Assembly: GCA_964503595.1 (NCBI GenBank)
Contig: CAZDAM010000002.1
Coordinates: forward strand, 9,335 to 73,334
Reading direction: 5' to 3'
DNA length: 64,000 nt
Origin: an uncultured bacterium
GTDB taxonomy: Bacteria; Muiribacteriota; UBA6191
The stretch's first letter is position 1. Every line of letters starts with the position of its first letter. The position numbers and the translations under genes are program-made. Under the pieces are notes generated by a model. It did no database searches, was not told the origin of the DNA, and worked only from the letters and a program-made list of their open reading frames with translations. Below are positions 1 to 9,336 of the stretch, piece after piece.

Positions 1-62
1 TCGTTTCCCTTTTGATGCGGGTATCATGATCGCGAATCGGTACCTGACACGGTGGTTCCTTA

Positions 63-974
63 GTGATGATGAAAACTGTTTTGAAGTGGCTGGCATTTGT
101 TGTCCTGGGCGCACTGATTTTGTGGCTCTTGGGACAAAAAGCCCTCGCCACAGAAGAGGCCTACATGCGTCAGGTTGTCCTGAAAAGCAGCCAGGATGTA
201 GCCTTTCTGACCGCCCGTCACGCTGTGGACACCCTCAAGCAGACGGAAAGCCAGATTGCCGGTCTTGCGCGGGCCCTGATCCGTGAAAACCCTTCCGCAG
301 ACCGTATTCACGAACTCCTGAGAATTCATTTCGGCGCCCACCCCTGTGTTGTTGGTGTCCGCTTCTTCCCCAATACAACAAACCCTGCCGAAATCGCCTT
401 CAGAAATGCCGCCTCCGGTTTTGGCACCGATCTTCTTCTCCCCAGAAAAAGCCCGGAAAACATCCAGTCCCTGCTGGCCCATCCGTCTCCACCAGCAACA
501 ACCCAGAACATCAAGAATGAATCCTTTGCCTACCTGATGCTTCCGGTGAAAGAGCTCAGGGAGAATCTCTATCTGGGAATGATCGAAGCTCAGGTTTCCA
601 TGAGCCGGCTCTTCAGCCCGGCCCAGGAACTTGCTTCAAGACGGGATGGAGAGCTTCTGCTTTTAGATGGCCAGGGAACCATCATTCTTCCCAAGGATCA
701 GGGTTTCAGCTTTGAAGAAGACGAGCTTAAAACCATTCGGGATGAGCGCTATGGAGGCTTTATCCGCAAAGGAGCTGCTCAGGGTGAAATGGTCTCCTTC
801 TGTACTCTGAATCTTCTGGGCACCGGTCCCCTTCCAGATATGGCTGTCCTAAGCCTGGGAGATCCGGAAATCGTCAAGAAATTCGTCGAGCGCATGCGTC
901 TGAATCTGGGCATTCTGATGAGCTTCGGCCTGCTTTTAGTCATGTATCTGGGAAGACTGGTTTTCTTTCGGTGA
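63..974 (+). CDS. Membrane-anchored protein with N- and C-terminal TM helices and a ~250-aa periplasmic sensor-like domain (Cache-like); no output domain
   Basis: 303-aa ORF; N-terminal hydrophobic segment LKWLAFVVLGALILWLL and C-terminal hydrophobic segment ILMSFGLLLVMYLGRLVFF; stop overlaps the GTG start of the next ORF (GTGA). Confidence 0.45.
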   Translation: MMMKTVLKWLAFVVLGALILWLLGQKALATEEAYMRQVVLKSSQDVAFLTARHAVDTLKQTESQIAGLARALIRENPSADRIHELLRIHFGAHPCVVGVRFFPNTTNPAEIAFRNAASGFGTDLLLPRKSPENIQSLLAHPSPPATTQNIKNESFAYLMLPVKELRENLYLGMIEAQVSMSRLFSPAQELASRRDGELLLLDGQGTIILPKDQGFSFEEDELKTIRDERYGGFIRKGAAQGEMVSFCTLNLLGTGPLPDMAVLSLGDPEIVKKFVERMRLNLGILMSFGLLLVMYLGRLVFFR

Positions 975-2677
975 GCCTGAATCTTCATCTCAAACTTCTT
1001 TACCCTCTGCTCCTGACTTTATTTACGGCTGGTTATTTCGCCGGACATCGCTTTGATCTGAATCCTCTAAGCCCGGGCAATTACCAGAACTGTGAGCTGG
1101 TGCAGAAGAAAGGACAGATTTATCTCAGCGCCCAGAAAGGGAGAATCTGTTTTTTTGACTGGAAACTCTACTACCCATCTCAGGACATCCCTAAGCAGGT
1201 AGATCTCAAAATCAGTGGCCAGGGTTCCCTTAAAATTCAGACCCGTCATGAATCCCACCTGATTCCTCTTCCTGCCGTTCTTAAACTGACCAATACCAAA
1301 AACCCCCTGACTCTCAAGTTTGAGATTCCGGACTCCACCTATCTTGAGGCTTTTCAGGAATCCCCCCACTCCCTGCCCTTTGAGAAAGTCCAGGGCCAGT
1401 TTCTGCCCCGCGAATGGAACCCCAAGACCCAGACTCTTTCCTCATCAGCCGTGATCGGGGTCAATCTGGAAGCGGAGTACCTGTTGAACGATCTGAAAGA
1501 AGAGGATTGGCGCCAGCTGTTTGACCAGATCAAAAAAGACGGCTTTCACTCCGTTCGCCTGCACAAGTTTTTCCGGGTTTTTCTAAAAAATCCAGACTCC
1601 CTCCGTCCCAAGCTTCAGGGAATCCTTAAGGAAATCTCCCACTTCGGGCTCAGCCTTTACATGGATGGAATCAGCTTCCCTGAAACCCCAAATCAAGCCC
1701 TTGGATGGGTCTGGGAAATCTTCCTTCAGGAAGACCTCAAGGCCCGACTCTGGGACTGGCTTCACTTCTTGAGTGAACTGAAGCTGGGAGATCCACCATT
1801 CTTCACTTCCAGAAACCTCAAATGGTTTGGAGTTCTGAATGAAAACAGTCTGTTTGCTCCAGCCCCAAGTACAAATGCAAATCTTGAATTCTTAAGACTC
1901 TGGCTCAAACGCCGCGAGGAAAAAAGTGCGGTTTTATCCTTAAGCGGTTTCAAAGCCCAGCTCATGCTCGAATTTGGCCTTGAAGCCTATTCCCACCTCA
2001 AGGCATATGGCTATGAAGAACGGGTTTTTCTGAACAACAGCATGCTTGGCGGGGAAGATGCCCAGGTCTCCCGTTTCTTATCCTATGGAGAAACTGACCG
2101 CCATTTTTATCTGGATTATCCCGCCTTTCATTCCGGCTTCAAGCGCATCAGGAATCTCAATCCGGTTGAACGCTACCAGATCCTCAAGTCCCTGTTTCTT
2201 TCCATGGGCTCCAGCAAGGGAATCTGGCTTTCCGAGGTCAACCTGCCCTGGCCCAATCAATACCAGCACCAGCTTCTGCCCCTGCTTTTGGCCCTTCATC
2301 AGACAACTCCCATCAAAGGACTCTGGTTTTATGACTACCGCTTAAGAAGCAGGGATTTCCACAAAGGTGGAATCTTCGGAGTCCAGAGATTTTCTTCCAT
2401 CATTAACCCTCTGCCACTCTTTTCAGAACTCCTGAACCAGGGCATGTCCATCAAGGAGCATGAAGGATATATTAAGCTTGAATCCCCCAATGCCCGTGTC
2501 CTCTTCGGAATGACCCCAAAAGCCAGAAAGCTCGGTCTTCTTTCCATCACAGAATGGCATACAAGAAATCAGTCCCTGTGCTTCAGTTTTGAGAAAGCCC
2601 AGGGTGACAGGTTTGATGTTCAGGGAAATCTACAGTTTCATTCAGGAAAGACCCCTGTTCACATTCCGTGTGACTGA
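971..2677 (+). CDS. Hypothetical 568-aa protein (possible TIM-barrel glycosyl-hydrolase-like fold); GTG start
   Basis: Long uninterrupted ORF translationally coupled to the upstream ORF; N-terminal hydrophobic segment; no confident family assignment from sequence alone. Confidence 0.45.
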   Translation: MSLNLHLKLLYPLLLTLFTAGYFAGHRFDLNPLSPGNYQNCELVQKKGQIYLSAQKGRICFFDWKLYYPSQDIPKQVDLKISGQGSLKIQTRHESHLIPLPAVLKLTNTKNPLTLKFEIPDSTYLEAFQESPHSLPFEKVQGQFLPREWNPKTQTLSSSAVIGVNLEAEYLLNDLKEEDWRQLFDQIKKDGFHSVRLHKFFRVFLKNPDSLRPKLQGILKEISHFGLSLYMDGISFPETPNQALGWVWEIFLQEDLKARLWDWLHFLSELKLGDPPFFTSRNLKWFGVLNENSLFAPAPSTNANLEFLRLWLKRREEKSAVLSLSGFKAQLMLEFGLEAYSHLKAYGYEERVFLNNSMLGGEDAQVSRFLSYGETDRHFYLDYPAFHSGFKRIRNLNPVERYQILKSLFLSMGSSKGIWLSEVNLPWPNQYQHQLLPLLLALHQTTPIKGLWFYDYRLRSRDFHKGGIFGVQRFSSIINPLPLFSELLNQGMSIKEHEGYIKLESPNARVLFGMTPKARKLGLLSITEWHTRNQSLCFSFEKAQGDRFDVQGNLQFHSGKTPVHIPCD

Positions 2678-2730
2678 TTCACCATCCTTGACTTCATCTT
2701 CCGAGTGGATCTATTCTGCGCCGCCTGATA

Positions 2731-3732
2731 TTGAAAACCATTTTCAAAATGTGCGCAGAAGTATTATTTCCAAATCTAGAAAAAGCCGATCGTCGCCTCC
2801 TGGAGCAGTTCATGGAACTCCTCACTCAAAGCGGCCACTCTCTGACTGAAACCCAGCTCACCATTGCCAAATCTCTTTTGAGACTGAAGCACCATACCGA
2901 GATTGCTCTGGCCCTTCAGGCAGTTGAGCAGAATACCCAGGCATCTCAGCAGGAAGTCGAAACCGTTCTTAAGATTCTGAAGGAATACGGAATTCTGGAA
3001 GTCAAATCTGTCGAAGGCCGCCAGACGATTGAACACAACCATCCGGATCGCAGACATTTTCATATGGTCTGCCTGAAAACCGGGCAGATCGAAGAATTCA
3101 CCTCAGAAATTCTGGAAGAAGTCCTGCATGAAACTGGTGCCCGCCACGGGTTTGTTCCGGTTTTCTCGGATATCGTCCTCTACGGGATCAAGGATGAAAT
3201 CATCCAGTCCGGACAAACCGGCTTCTCCCTGGTTCAGGCTGTCCAGAATCAGGGAGTTCAGATTCTGAGTTTTCCTGATGATGAACCTGAATTTCTTGAA
3301 AACGCAGCTAAAATCGGCCTTCAGGCCGGCTCTCATCTGGAAGTTCTGCATCAGGTGGAATCCACGGGAGAAATCCTTTGCCGCTTTCAGACTCACCGAC
3401 TGGTGATTCCGAAAAAAAAGGCCGAAAAAATCCTGATTCGGGCATTGAATGCCGAAGAAACCCGAACCCTTCGAACCTCTTTGAAGGAAGTGGAAAAAGT
3501 CTGGCCCAGCCTTGAAGATCTGAAAAACGGAGAAGAGGCCCGCATTGTCAGAATCCGTCCAGGCTCCCCCATTCAACGACGCCTGATGGAAATGGGGTTT
3601 GTTGCTGGAGCCAGCATCAAACGCTTAAGAATCGCTCCTTTGGGAGATCCGATTGAATTCAGCCTCAGGGGAGCTCATGTCAGCCTCAGACGAGTTGAAG
3701 CCCGCGATGTATTTGTGGAGCGCCAAGCATGA
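2731..3732 (+). CDS. feoA: FeoA-domain protein with ~250-aa N-terminal extension
   Basis: C-terminal ~75 aa (ARIVRIRPGSPIQRRLMEMGFVAGASIKRLRIAPLGDPIEFSLRGAHVSLRRVEARDVFV) match the FeoA SH3-like domain; stop overlaps feoB start (ATGA). Confidence 0.7.
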   Translation: MKTIFKMCAEVLFPNLEKADRRLLEQFMELLTQSGHSLTETQLTIAKSLLRLKHHTEIALALQAVEQNTQASQQEVETVLKILKEYGILEVKSVEGRQTIEHNHPDRRHFHMVCLKTGQIEEFTSEILEEVLHETGARHGFVPVFSDIVLYGIKDEIIQSGQTGFSLVQAVQNQGVQILSFPDDEPEFLENAAKIGLQAGSHLEVLHQVESTGEILCRFQTHRLVIPKKKAEKILIRALNAEETRTLRTSLKEVEKVWPSLEDLKNGEEARIVRIRPGSPIQRRLMEMGFVAGASIKRLRIAPLGDPIEFSLRGAHVSLRRVEARDVFVERQA

Positions 3733-6125
3733 ATGTCCAGCACGAAATCGTCCTCGCCGGAAACCCCAACTGTGGCAAAACCTCTGTTTTCAACCTGCTT
3801 TGCAAGACCCATCAGAAAGTCGGCAACTATCCCGGCGTCACAGTGGAAAAGAAAACCGGTCTGATCTTTTTGGATCAGGCAGTGATTCGGGTAACGGATC
3901 TTCCCGGTACCTACTCCATCCAGCCCTCCTCCCTGGAGGAAAAAGTGGCCCGGCGCTGGCTGATGGACACTTCCCCCCGCCTGATTGTCAATATTGTGGA
4001 TGGCACCAATCTTGAGCGAGGCCTTTATCTGACCCTCCAGCTCATGGAGCTTGGCAGGCCCCAGATTCTTGTCATCAACATGGCCGATGAGATGGAACGC
4101 TCGGGAATTGAGCTTGATACCGCGGCTCTTCAGGAAGAACTCAGAATCCCTGTTATCCTGACGGCTGCCGCCCGTAAGGAAAGCCGGGAACCTCTTCTGA
4201 ATTTCATCCTGCCCCATCTGAATCAGGAACCCCAGCTTCCGGATTTCCCAACCGAACTGAACCCCACCATGCGGGAATCCATCCAGGAAATCCTGGAGGA
4301 AGCTCCGAAGAGTCTCATTTTGGAATGGAAAGTACGTCCTGAGTGGGTAGCCCTGAGCCTGCTTGAAAATGACGCCTCACTAATGGAACGCTTTGAAGGC
4401 CTTGGCCACACAAATCTCCTGGAATCAGCCAGAAACAAGGCCAGTCGTATCCACGCCTTCTATGATGAAAGCCCGATGGTGCTGGCAACCGAAGCCCGCC
4501 ATCGTCTTGCCCAGTCCCTGACCAGCCGCCATCAGAAAATCACCCAGATCAAAGCCGATTTCAGAGAAACTCTCGACACCCTGCTTCTGTCGCGAATTTT
4601 CGGCCTTCCAATCTTCTTGGGCATTGTCTATCTGACCTTCCAGCTGGTCTTTACTGTGGGCTCCTATCCGATGGACTGGATTGATGCTCTCTTTGGCTTT
4701 CTTGGCGAAGAAGTTGCCCGGTTCTGGCCCAAGGCCTCGGATTCTTCCCTGAGATCCCTGATTCTGGATGGCATCATCGGCGGGGTTGGGGGAGTCATCA
4801 TCTTTCTTCCCAATATTGTCCTTCTTTTTACCGCGATTGCCTTTCTTGAGGGAACCGGCTATATGGCCCGCGCCGCTTTTCTGATGGATCGCCTGATGCG
4901 TGGTTTTGGCCTTCACGGAAAAAGCTTCATGCCTCTTGCTTCCGGCCTGGGCTGTACCGTTCCTTCCATCATGGCGACCCGGATTCTGGAAAACCGCTCC
5001 GATCGGATGATCACCCTCTTCATGCTTCCCATGGTGAGCTGCTCGGCCCGCCTTCCCATCTATGGACTCCTGATCCCCGTTTTCTTCCCCCTTCAGTACC
5101 GGGGAGCCGTCCTGATGGCCGTCTATCTGGCAGGATTCTTCATCCTGATTGCCGGAGCCTGGGTTCTAAGACTGACCCATTTCAAATCCGAGGCCTCCTC
5201 CTTCATGCTCGAACTGCCCCCTCTAAGAATGCCCACAATGGGATTTGTTGTTGCCGAAATGTGGCACCGTTCAAGCATCTATCTGAGGAAGGCCGGCACC
5301 ATCATTTTAGCCTGCTCCCTGATCCTCTGGGCCATGTCCCGCTGGCCCCGTCTGCCTGAAGAGCATCTGGGAACTCCCCCTGCCTTCACCTTCTCGGAGA
5401 ATGCCAGAATCCATAAACTCGAAGAACTCTGGCTCAACACTCATGCCATCAGCCAGGACTTCTGGGATTTTGCTCCAGAATACAAGAAGGCAGAGAAAGG
5501 CCTATTGAGTCAGGCCCAAACTCTTGGGATCACTCAGACCATAACTCTGGCCAGTCTGGAAGAGTTTCTGGCAGAGCTTCCTGAGATTCAGGAAAAAGTC
5601 GCATACCACACCGAAGCTGTGACCGATTTTGAAAACCACCGGACCACCGAAGAACTCGCCCATAGTCTGGCAGGCCGGATTGGGAAGTTTGTCGAACCCG
5701 TTTTCACCCCGGTGGGATTTGACTGGAAGATCTCCACCGCCCTGATAGGCGCCATTGCCGCCAAGGAAGTCTTTGTCACTCAGTTTGGGATTATCTACGA
5801 ACTGGGCTCAGAAATTGATCTGGATGCAGAATCCGACATGGAGAGAGAAAACGACGGTACCCGTCTGGGGCAGGCTCTTTTAAGAGACACTTACCCCGAA
5901 GACCACCAAAGAGCCGGACAGAAGGTTTTCCATCCCCTGGTCGCTGTCAGCCTGATGATTTTCTGTCTGGTTTCCTCCCCCTGTATGGCAACCATTGCCG
6001 TCACCATCCGCGAAACAGGAAGCTGGCTCTGGGGATTCTGGCAGTTCTTCGGCTTTACCTTTCTGGCCTGGATCCTCGCTCTGATCATCTACCAGGGAGG
6101 AATGGCCTTGGGGTTTGGGCCTTGA
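3729..6125 (+). CDS. feoB: Ferrous iron transporter FeoB (N-terminal G-domain plus polytopic permease)
   Basis: N-terminus IVLAGNPNCGKTSVFNLLC (G1/P-loop) and DLPGTYS (G3); 798 aa with multiple TM helices and Gate motifs. Confidence 0.95.
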   Translation: MNVQHEIVLAGNPNCGKTSVFNLLCKTHQKVGNYPGVTVEKKTGLIFLDQAVIRVTDLPGTYSIQPSSLEEKVARRWLMDTSPRLIVNIVDGTNLERGLYLTLQLMELGRPQILVINMADEMERSGIELDTAALQEELRIPVILTAAARKESREPLLNFILPHLNQEPQLPDFPTELNPTMRESIQEILEEAPKSLILEWKVRPEWVALSLLENDASLMERFEGLGHTNLLESARNKASRIHAFYDESPMVLATEARHRLAQSLTSRHQKITQIKADFRETLDTLLLSRIFGLPIFLGIVYLTFQLVFTVGSYPMDWIDALFGFLGEEVARFWPKASDSSLRSLILDGIIGGVGGVIIFLPNIVLLFTAIAFLEGTGYMARAAFLMDRLMRGFGLHGKSFMPLASGLGCTVPSIMATRILENRSDRMITLFMLPMVSCSARLPIYGLLIPVFFPLQYRGAVLMAVYLAGFFILIAGAWVLRLTHFKSEASSFMLELPPLRMPTMGFVVAEMWHRSSIYLRKAGTIILACSLILWAMSRWPRLPEEHLGTPPAFTFSENARIHKLEELWLNTHAISQDFWDFAPEYKKAEKGLLSQAQTLGITQTITLASLEEFLAELPEIQEKVAYHTEAVTDFENHRTTEELAHSLAGRIGKFVEPVFTPVGFDWKISTALIGAIAAKEVFVTQFGIIYELGSEIDLDAESDMERENDGTRLGQALLRDTYPEDHQRAGQKVFHPLVAVSLMIFCLVSSPCMATIAVTIRETGSWLWGFWQFFGFTFLAWILALIIYQGGMALGFGP

Positions 6126-6303
6126 TACAGCGTGAGCTTCCCGCACAGGTTTCACAGCCTGGGACTGTTCTGGTTCTTCGATCCGCCCTGTGACAGATAG
6201 AGCAGACTTTTCAGCTCGGCTTGTGACGGACGGAGGCAGAGAGCCCATGGGCTCTGCAATTATGTCTACTACACTTCCAAAGCACTGGATTGAAGTTACA
6301 CAA

Positions 6304-6332
6304 TTTGCGGAAGTTGCGGAATTTGTGCACAA
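6304..6332 (+). promoter_or_regulatory. Putative phd/doc operator: direct repeat TTGCGGAAG/TTGCGGAAT followed by perfect palindrome TTGTGCACAA, 20-30 bp upstream of phd; GGAG RBS at 6342-6345
   Basis: Direct reading of sequence; Phd/YefM antitoxins typically autoregulate through palindromic operators. Confidence 0.3.
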
Positions 6333-6353
6333 TAGATGGACAGGAGATGAACT

Positions 6354-6608
6354 ATGGCTATTGTCAGCGCATCCGAATTTCAGAAGAACTTTGGGCATTT
6401 TAAGGAATTGGCTCAGAGAGAACCCATTTGCATCACCAGCAATGGCCGGGAAAGTGTCGTACTGCTTTCAGCTGCTGAATACAAGGAATTTCAGGAATAT
6501 ATGAAATCCCGTTATGCCTATAATGGTAACGTCAACGATGCCTTCAAGTCCGATGTCGATGCGTTCATGAACACGCATGGCGAAGTACTTGACGAGCTCG
6601 CTAAATGA
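6354..6608 (+). CDS. phd: Phd/YefM-family antitoxin
   Basis: 84 aa; N-terminus MAIVSASEFQKNFGHFKELA...EPICITSNGRESVVLLSAAEYKEF typical of Phd/YefM; 4-bp overlap (ATGA) with the downstream Doc toxin. Confidence 0.8.
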   Translation: MAIVSASEFQKNFGHFKELAQREPICITSNGRESVVLLSAAEYKEFQEYMKSRYAYNGNVNDAFKSDVDAFMNTHGEVLDELAK

Positions 6609-7003
6609 CCTCAGCTCCCGAACCTAAGTGGATTAGCAAAGCCCAGACGCTCTATATTCATGAGCAGTCGATTGCACGGCATGGCGGCCGCTTAGGGACA
6701 CGCAATGAAGGGCTGCTTGAATCGGCTCTCGCCCGCGCCGAGAACTTCCATGCCTATGGGGAAACCGGTCTTTGCAAATTGGCAGCGGTTTATGCCGTGG
6801 GCATCGCCCGCAATCATACGTTCATTGATGGCAACAAGCGCACCGCCTATGCGGTGGCAGGTCTATTCTTGTATCTGAATGGGCTGTTGCTGACAATTCC
6901 AGAAGTGGCGGCACAAATCAAATTGTTTGAAGATGTCGCTTCCGGGAAAGTTCCGGCGGAAGAACTGTCGGAGTTCTACCGCAAGAACACCACACCGAGA
7001 TAG
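6605..7003 (+). CDS. doc: Doc (death-on-curing) Fic-fold toxin
   Basis: 132 aa; HTFIDGNKRTA matches the Fic/Doc motif HxFx(D/N)GNKR. Confidence 0.85.
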   Translation: MTSAPEPKWISKAQTLYIHEQSIARHGGRLGTRNEGLLESALARAENFHAYGETGLCKLAAVYAVGIARNHTFIDGNKRTAYAVAGLFLYLNGLLLTIPEVAAQIKLFEDVASGKVPAEELSEFYRKNTTPR

Positions 7004-7053
7004 CGGGAGCCCTAAAAAAAACGGGATTGATTCTGTAAAAGAAGAGATGAAGT

Positions 7054-9300
7054 TCACTCAACCTGTGAAGCGACCATACCATCCGGCAGAACCTTGAGGT
7101 GACAGACCACACCGTTCTCAGTTGGACTGACAAGCTTCTTTACCTGAAGCTTCTGTCCCTGAGGAACTTCAGCAAGCAGGTGAACCTGGGCCTCACCATC
7201 GGTATTCGTGCGCAGACGATGACGTTTGGGATCACGGCTCATTCCTTCCAGAATCCTTACTCCCCAGGGAACCTCGGAAAGATCCAGTTCAAACTGGACC
7301 AGAGTGTCGGAATACGGCACCCGATCCTGGTCAAGAAGGGTCAGGGTAATCGGAATCAGGGATTTATCATCCTGCAGACGATGGGCCACAAGCTCTGGAT
7401 AAGCCAGACCTCCCTGCACTCCCGCAACATAGTTCTCAAACTGCCCGGCCGGATGCATCAGTAACGGCATACCGGTTTCCCGTGGTCCGGAAGGCCGACT
7501 TTTGGGCTCAACCGGGCCGGGATATTCGCCCATATACTCAATCACCATTTCCTGGTGTTCCTGAAAATCTCTGGGCTGAAACGGAAACTGCACGGCCTCT
7601 TTGGTGACATGCACAGCGTGCATGGTTTCTCCATCTATTCCGGCATTCAGCTCTTCATGCTTACGGGGAACCGCGAGGCGACCCAGAAACTCTTTGGAAG
7701 AAACCGATTCCACAACGGGAGTTTTCTGGGTTTGATCCGGAACCCTGGAAGCTTTCAGCACAACTCCGGATTTCACGGGTTCGAGGGATTTCAGAAAGCC
7801 TTCAAATTCCTGCTTAGTCGGTTTATGGGTATCCAGGCGAATATCATTCAGCCATTTATTCATCCCAAGAATCGGTTTCAAGGCCCCTTTGGGCTCCATC
7901 ACGACCCGTTTCTTCTCCCGCGCTCTCTCCTGGTCATCGATCTGGGTCATAAGATGGGCAACGGTCTGGCGGGATTGAGCCGGATTCGGTTCATCCACCT
8001 TGGGATGCTGACGGATCGCCTGGACGTTTTCCACGTCCTTTTCACTCAGATCTTCCACATTCTGCAAAAACCTGCGGAAATCCTGATTCAAACGATCCTC
8101 ATCCCAGTCAGTTTCTCCATCCATTCCGGCATTCAGCTCTTCATGCTTGTGGGGAACCGCGAGGCGAACCAGAAACTCTTCGGAGGAAACCGATTCCACC
8201 ACGGGAGTTTTCAGGGTGCGGGCCGGAACCCTGGAAGCCTTCAGCACAATTTCGGATTTTATGGGTTCAAGCGATTTCAAAAAGCCTTCAAATTCCTGCT
8301 TAGCCGGTTTGTGGGCATCCAGGCGAATGTCATTCAGCCATTTGTTCATCCCAAAAATCGGTTTCAAAGCCCCTTTGGACTCCATCACAACCCGTGTCTT
8401 CTCCCGCACTCTCTCCTGATCATCGATCTGGGTCATAAGGTGGGCAAAAGTCTGGCGGGATTGAGCCAGATTCGGTTCATCCACCTTGGGATGCTGGCTG
8501 ATCACCCGGACGTTTTCCATGGCCTTTTCATTCAGACCCTCCACATTCTGCAAAAACCTTCGGAAATTCTGATCCGAACGATCCTCATTCCAGTCAAAGG
8601 TCGGATCCTTGGCCTGGGCTTTCACCAGCTGCTGGTGAAACTCATCCAGACTCTGACGTCCCAGAGTCGGAATCGTCTGGATTTCCGGCTTGTCCGTAGA
8701 TTTCAGGCTGGCATCCAGACTCTGCATAAAACCGGTGAACTGACCATCTTCACGAAGGGCGGCATCCCGAAGACCCAGAAGGTGTCCCCCCCGATCGATT
8801 GCCTGGGCAAGACTCTTCTGATCCTCTTCCAGGCGATAACGGGGATCTCCCGGATTGATGAATGTTGAAAAATGGGGCATGGCCCCCTCGCCCTCCATCG
8901 TCTCCAGAACCTGGGGAAGATGAATTTCCTTCACCAGAGAGGCATTCTGCTCCATGACCTTCAATCGATCATCAAGGGCAATCATGAATTCCTTGAGCTG
9001 GGGAACTTTGATGAAAGTCAGACGCAAACGCCTTAAATCCTGAAGACGGCTCTCCATGTCATCCAGACGAACCTTGAGTCTTTCCTTGACCCTGGCCTTG
9101 CGCATGGCCGTGGAAGAGGCATTCAGGACCTGATCCATTTCAAGGACTTCGGTATGAAGGCCCTCGACAATGCCTGTCATCTGGTTCAGAGTCGCCTTGA
9201 TCCGGTCATTTTCCTCAGGCGTGAAGACAGCCTTAGTCCATCCGAAAGACGAAAGTCCCCAGAAAATTCCAAAGCAAAGCAGCCGTTTGATCTGTTTCAT
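7054..9300 (-). CDS. Secreted 748-aa protein of unknown function with internal 162-aa tandem duplication
   Basis: Signal peptide MKQIKRLLCFGIFWGLSSFGWTKA; two consecutive ~162-aa repeats (NEDRSDQNFRRFLQNVEGL...AGMDGET and DEDRLNQDFRRFLQNVEDL...AGIDGET) at ~90% identity. Confidence 0.7.
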   Translation of the reverse strand: MKQIKRLLCFGIFWGLSSFGWTKAVFTPEENDRIKATLNQMTGIVEGLHTEVLEMDQVLNASSTAMRKARVKERLKVRLDDMESRLQDLRRLRLTFIKVPQLKEFMIALDDRLKVMEQNASLVKEIHLPQVLETMEGEGAMPHFSTFINPGDPRYRLEEDQKSLAQAIDRGGHLLGLRDAALREDGQFTGFMQSLDASLKSTDKPEIQTIPTLGRQSLDEFHQQLVKAQAKDPTFDWNEDRSDQNFRRFLQNVEGLNEKAMENVRVISQHPKVDEPNLAQSRQTFAHLMTQIDDQERVREKTRVVMESKGALKPIFGMNKWLNDIRLDAHKPAKQEFEGFLKSLEPIKSEIVLKASRVPARTLKTPVVESVSSEEFLVRLAVPHKHEELNAGMDGETDWDEDRLNQDFRRFLQNVEDLSEKDVENVQAIRQHPKVDEPNPAQSRQTVAHLMTQIDDQERAREKKRVVMEPKGALKPILGMNKWLNDIRLDTHKPTKQEFEGFLKSLEPVKSGVVLKASRVPDQTQKTPVVESVSSKEFLGRLAVPRKHEELNAGIDGETMHAVHVTKEAVQFPFQPRDFQEHQEMVIEYMGEYPGPVEPKSRPSGPRETGMPLLMHPAGQFENYVAGVQGGLAYPELVAHRLQDDKSLIPITLTLLDQDRVPYSDTLVQFELDLSEVPWGVRILEGMSRDPKRHRLRTNTDGEAQVHLLAEVPQGQKLQVKKLVSPTENGVVCHLKVLPDGMVASQVE
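7620..8595. repeat. Intragenic tandem direct repeat, 2 copies x 486 bp (~90% identical)
   Basis: The 7626-7634 region recurs at 8112-8120; the opposite-strand shadow ORF (7555..8868) shows the same duplication in its translation. Confidence 0.85.
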
Positions 9301-9336
9301 CCTGATTCGTTATCGTATGCTCCGCCTCTCCAATTT

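Noticed and set aside
6190-6504. 104-aa plus-strand ORF spanning the phd promoter and start
   Set aside because: Overlaps the Phd antitoxin in a different frame, and Phd has a canonical RBS and motif.
7555-8868. 437-aa plus-strand ORF with obvious internal repeat
   Set aside because: Shadow of the minus-strand secreted repeat protein (7054..9300); it mirrors the 486-bp duplication, is His/Phe/Leu-rich, and has no start context.
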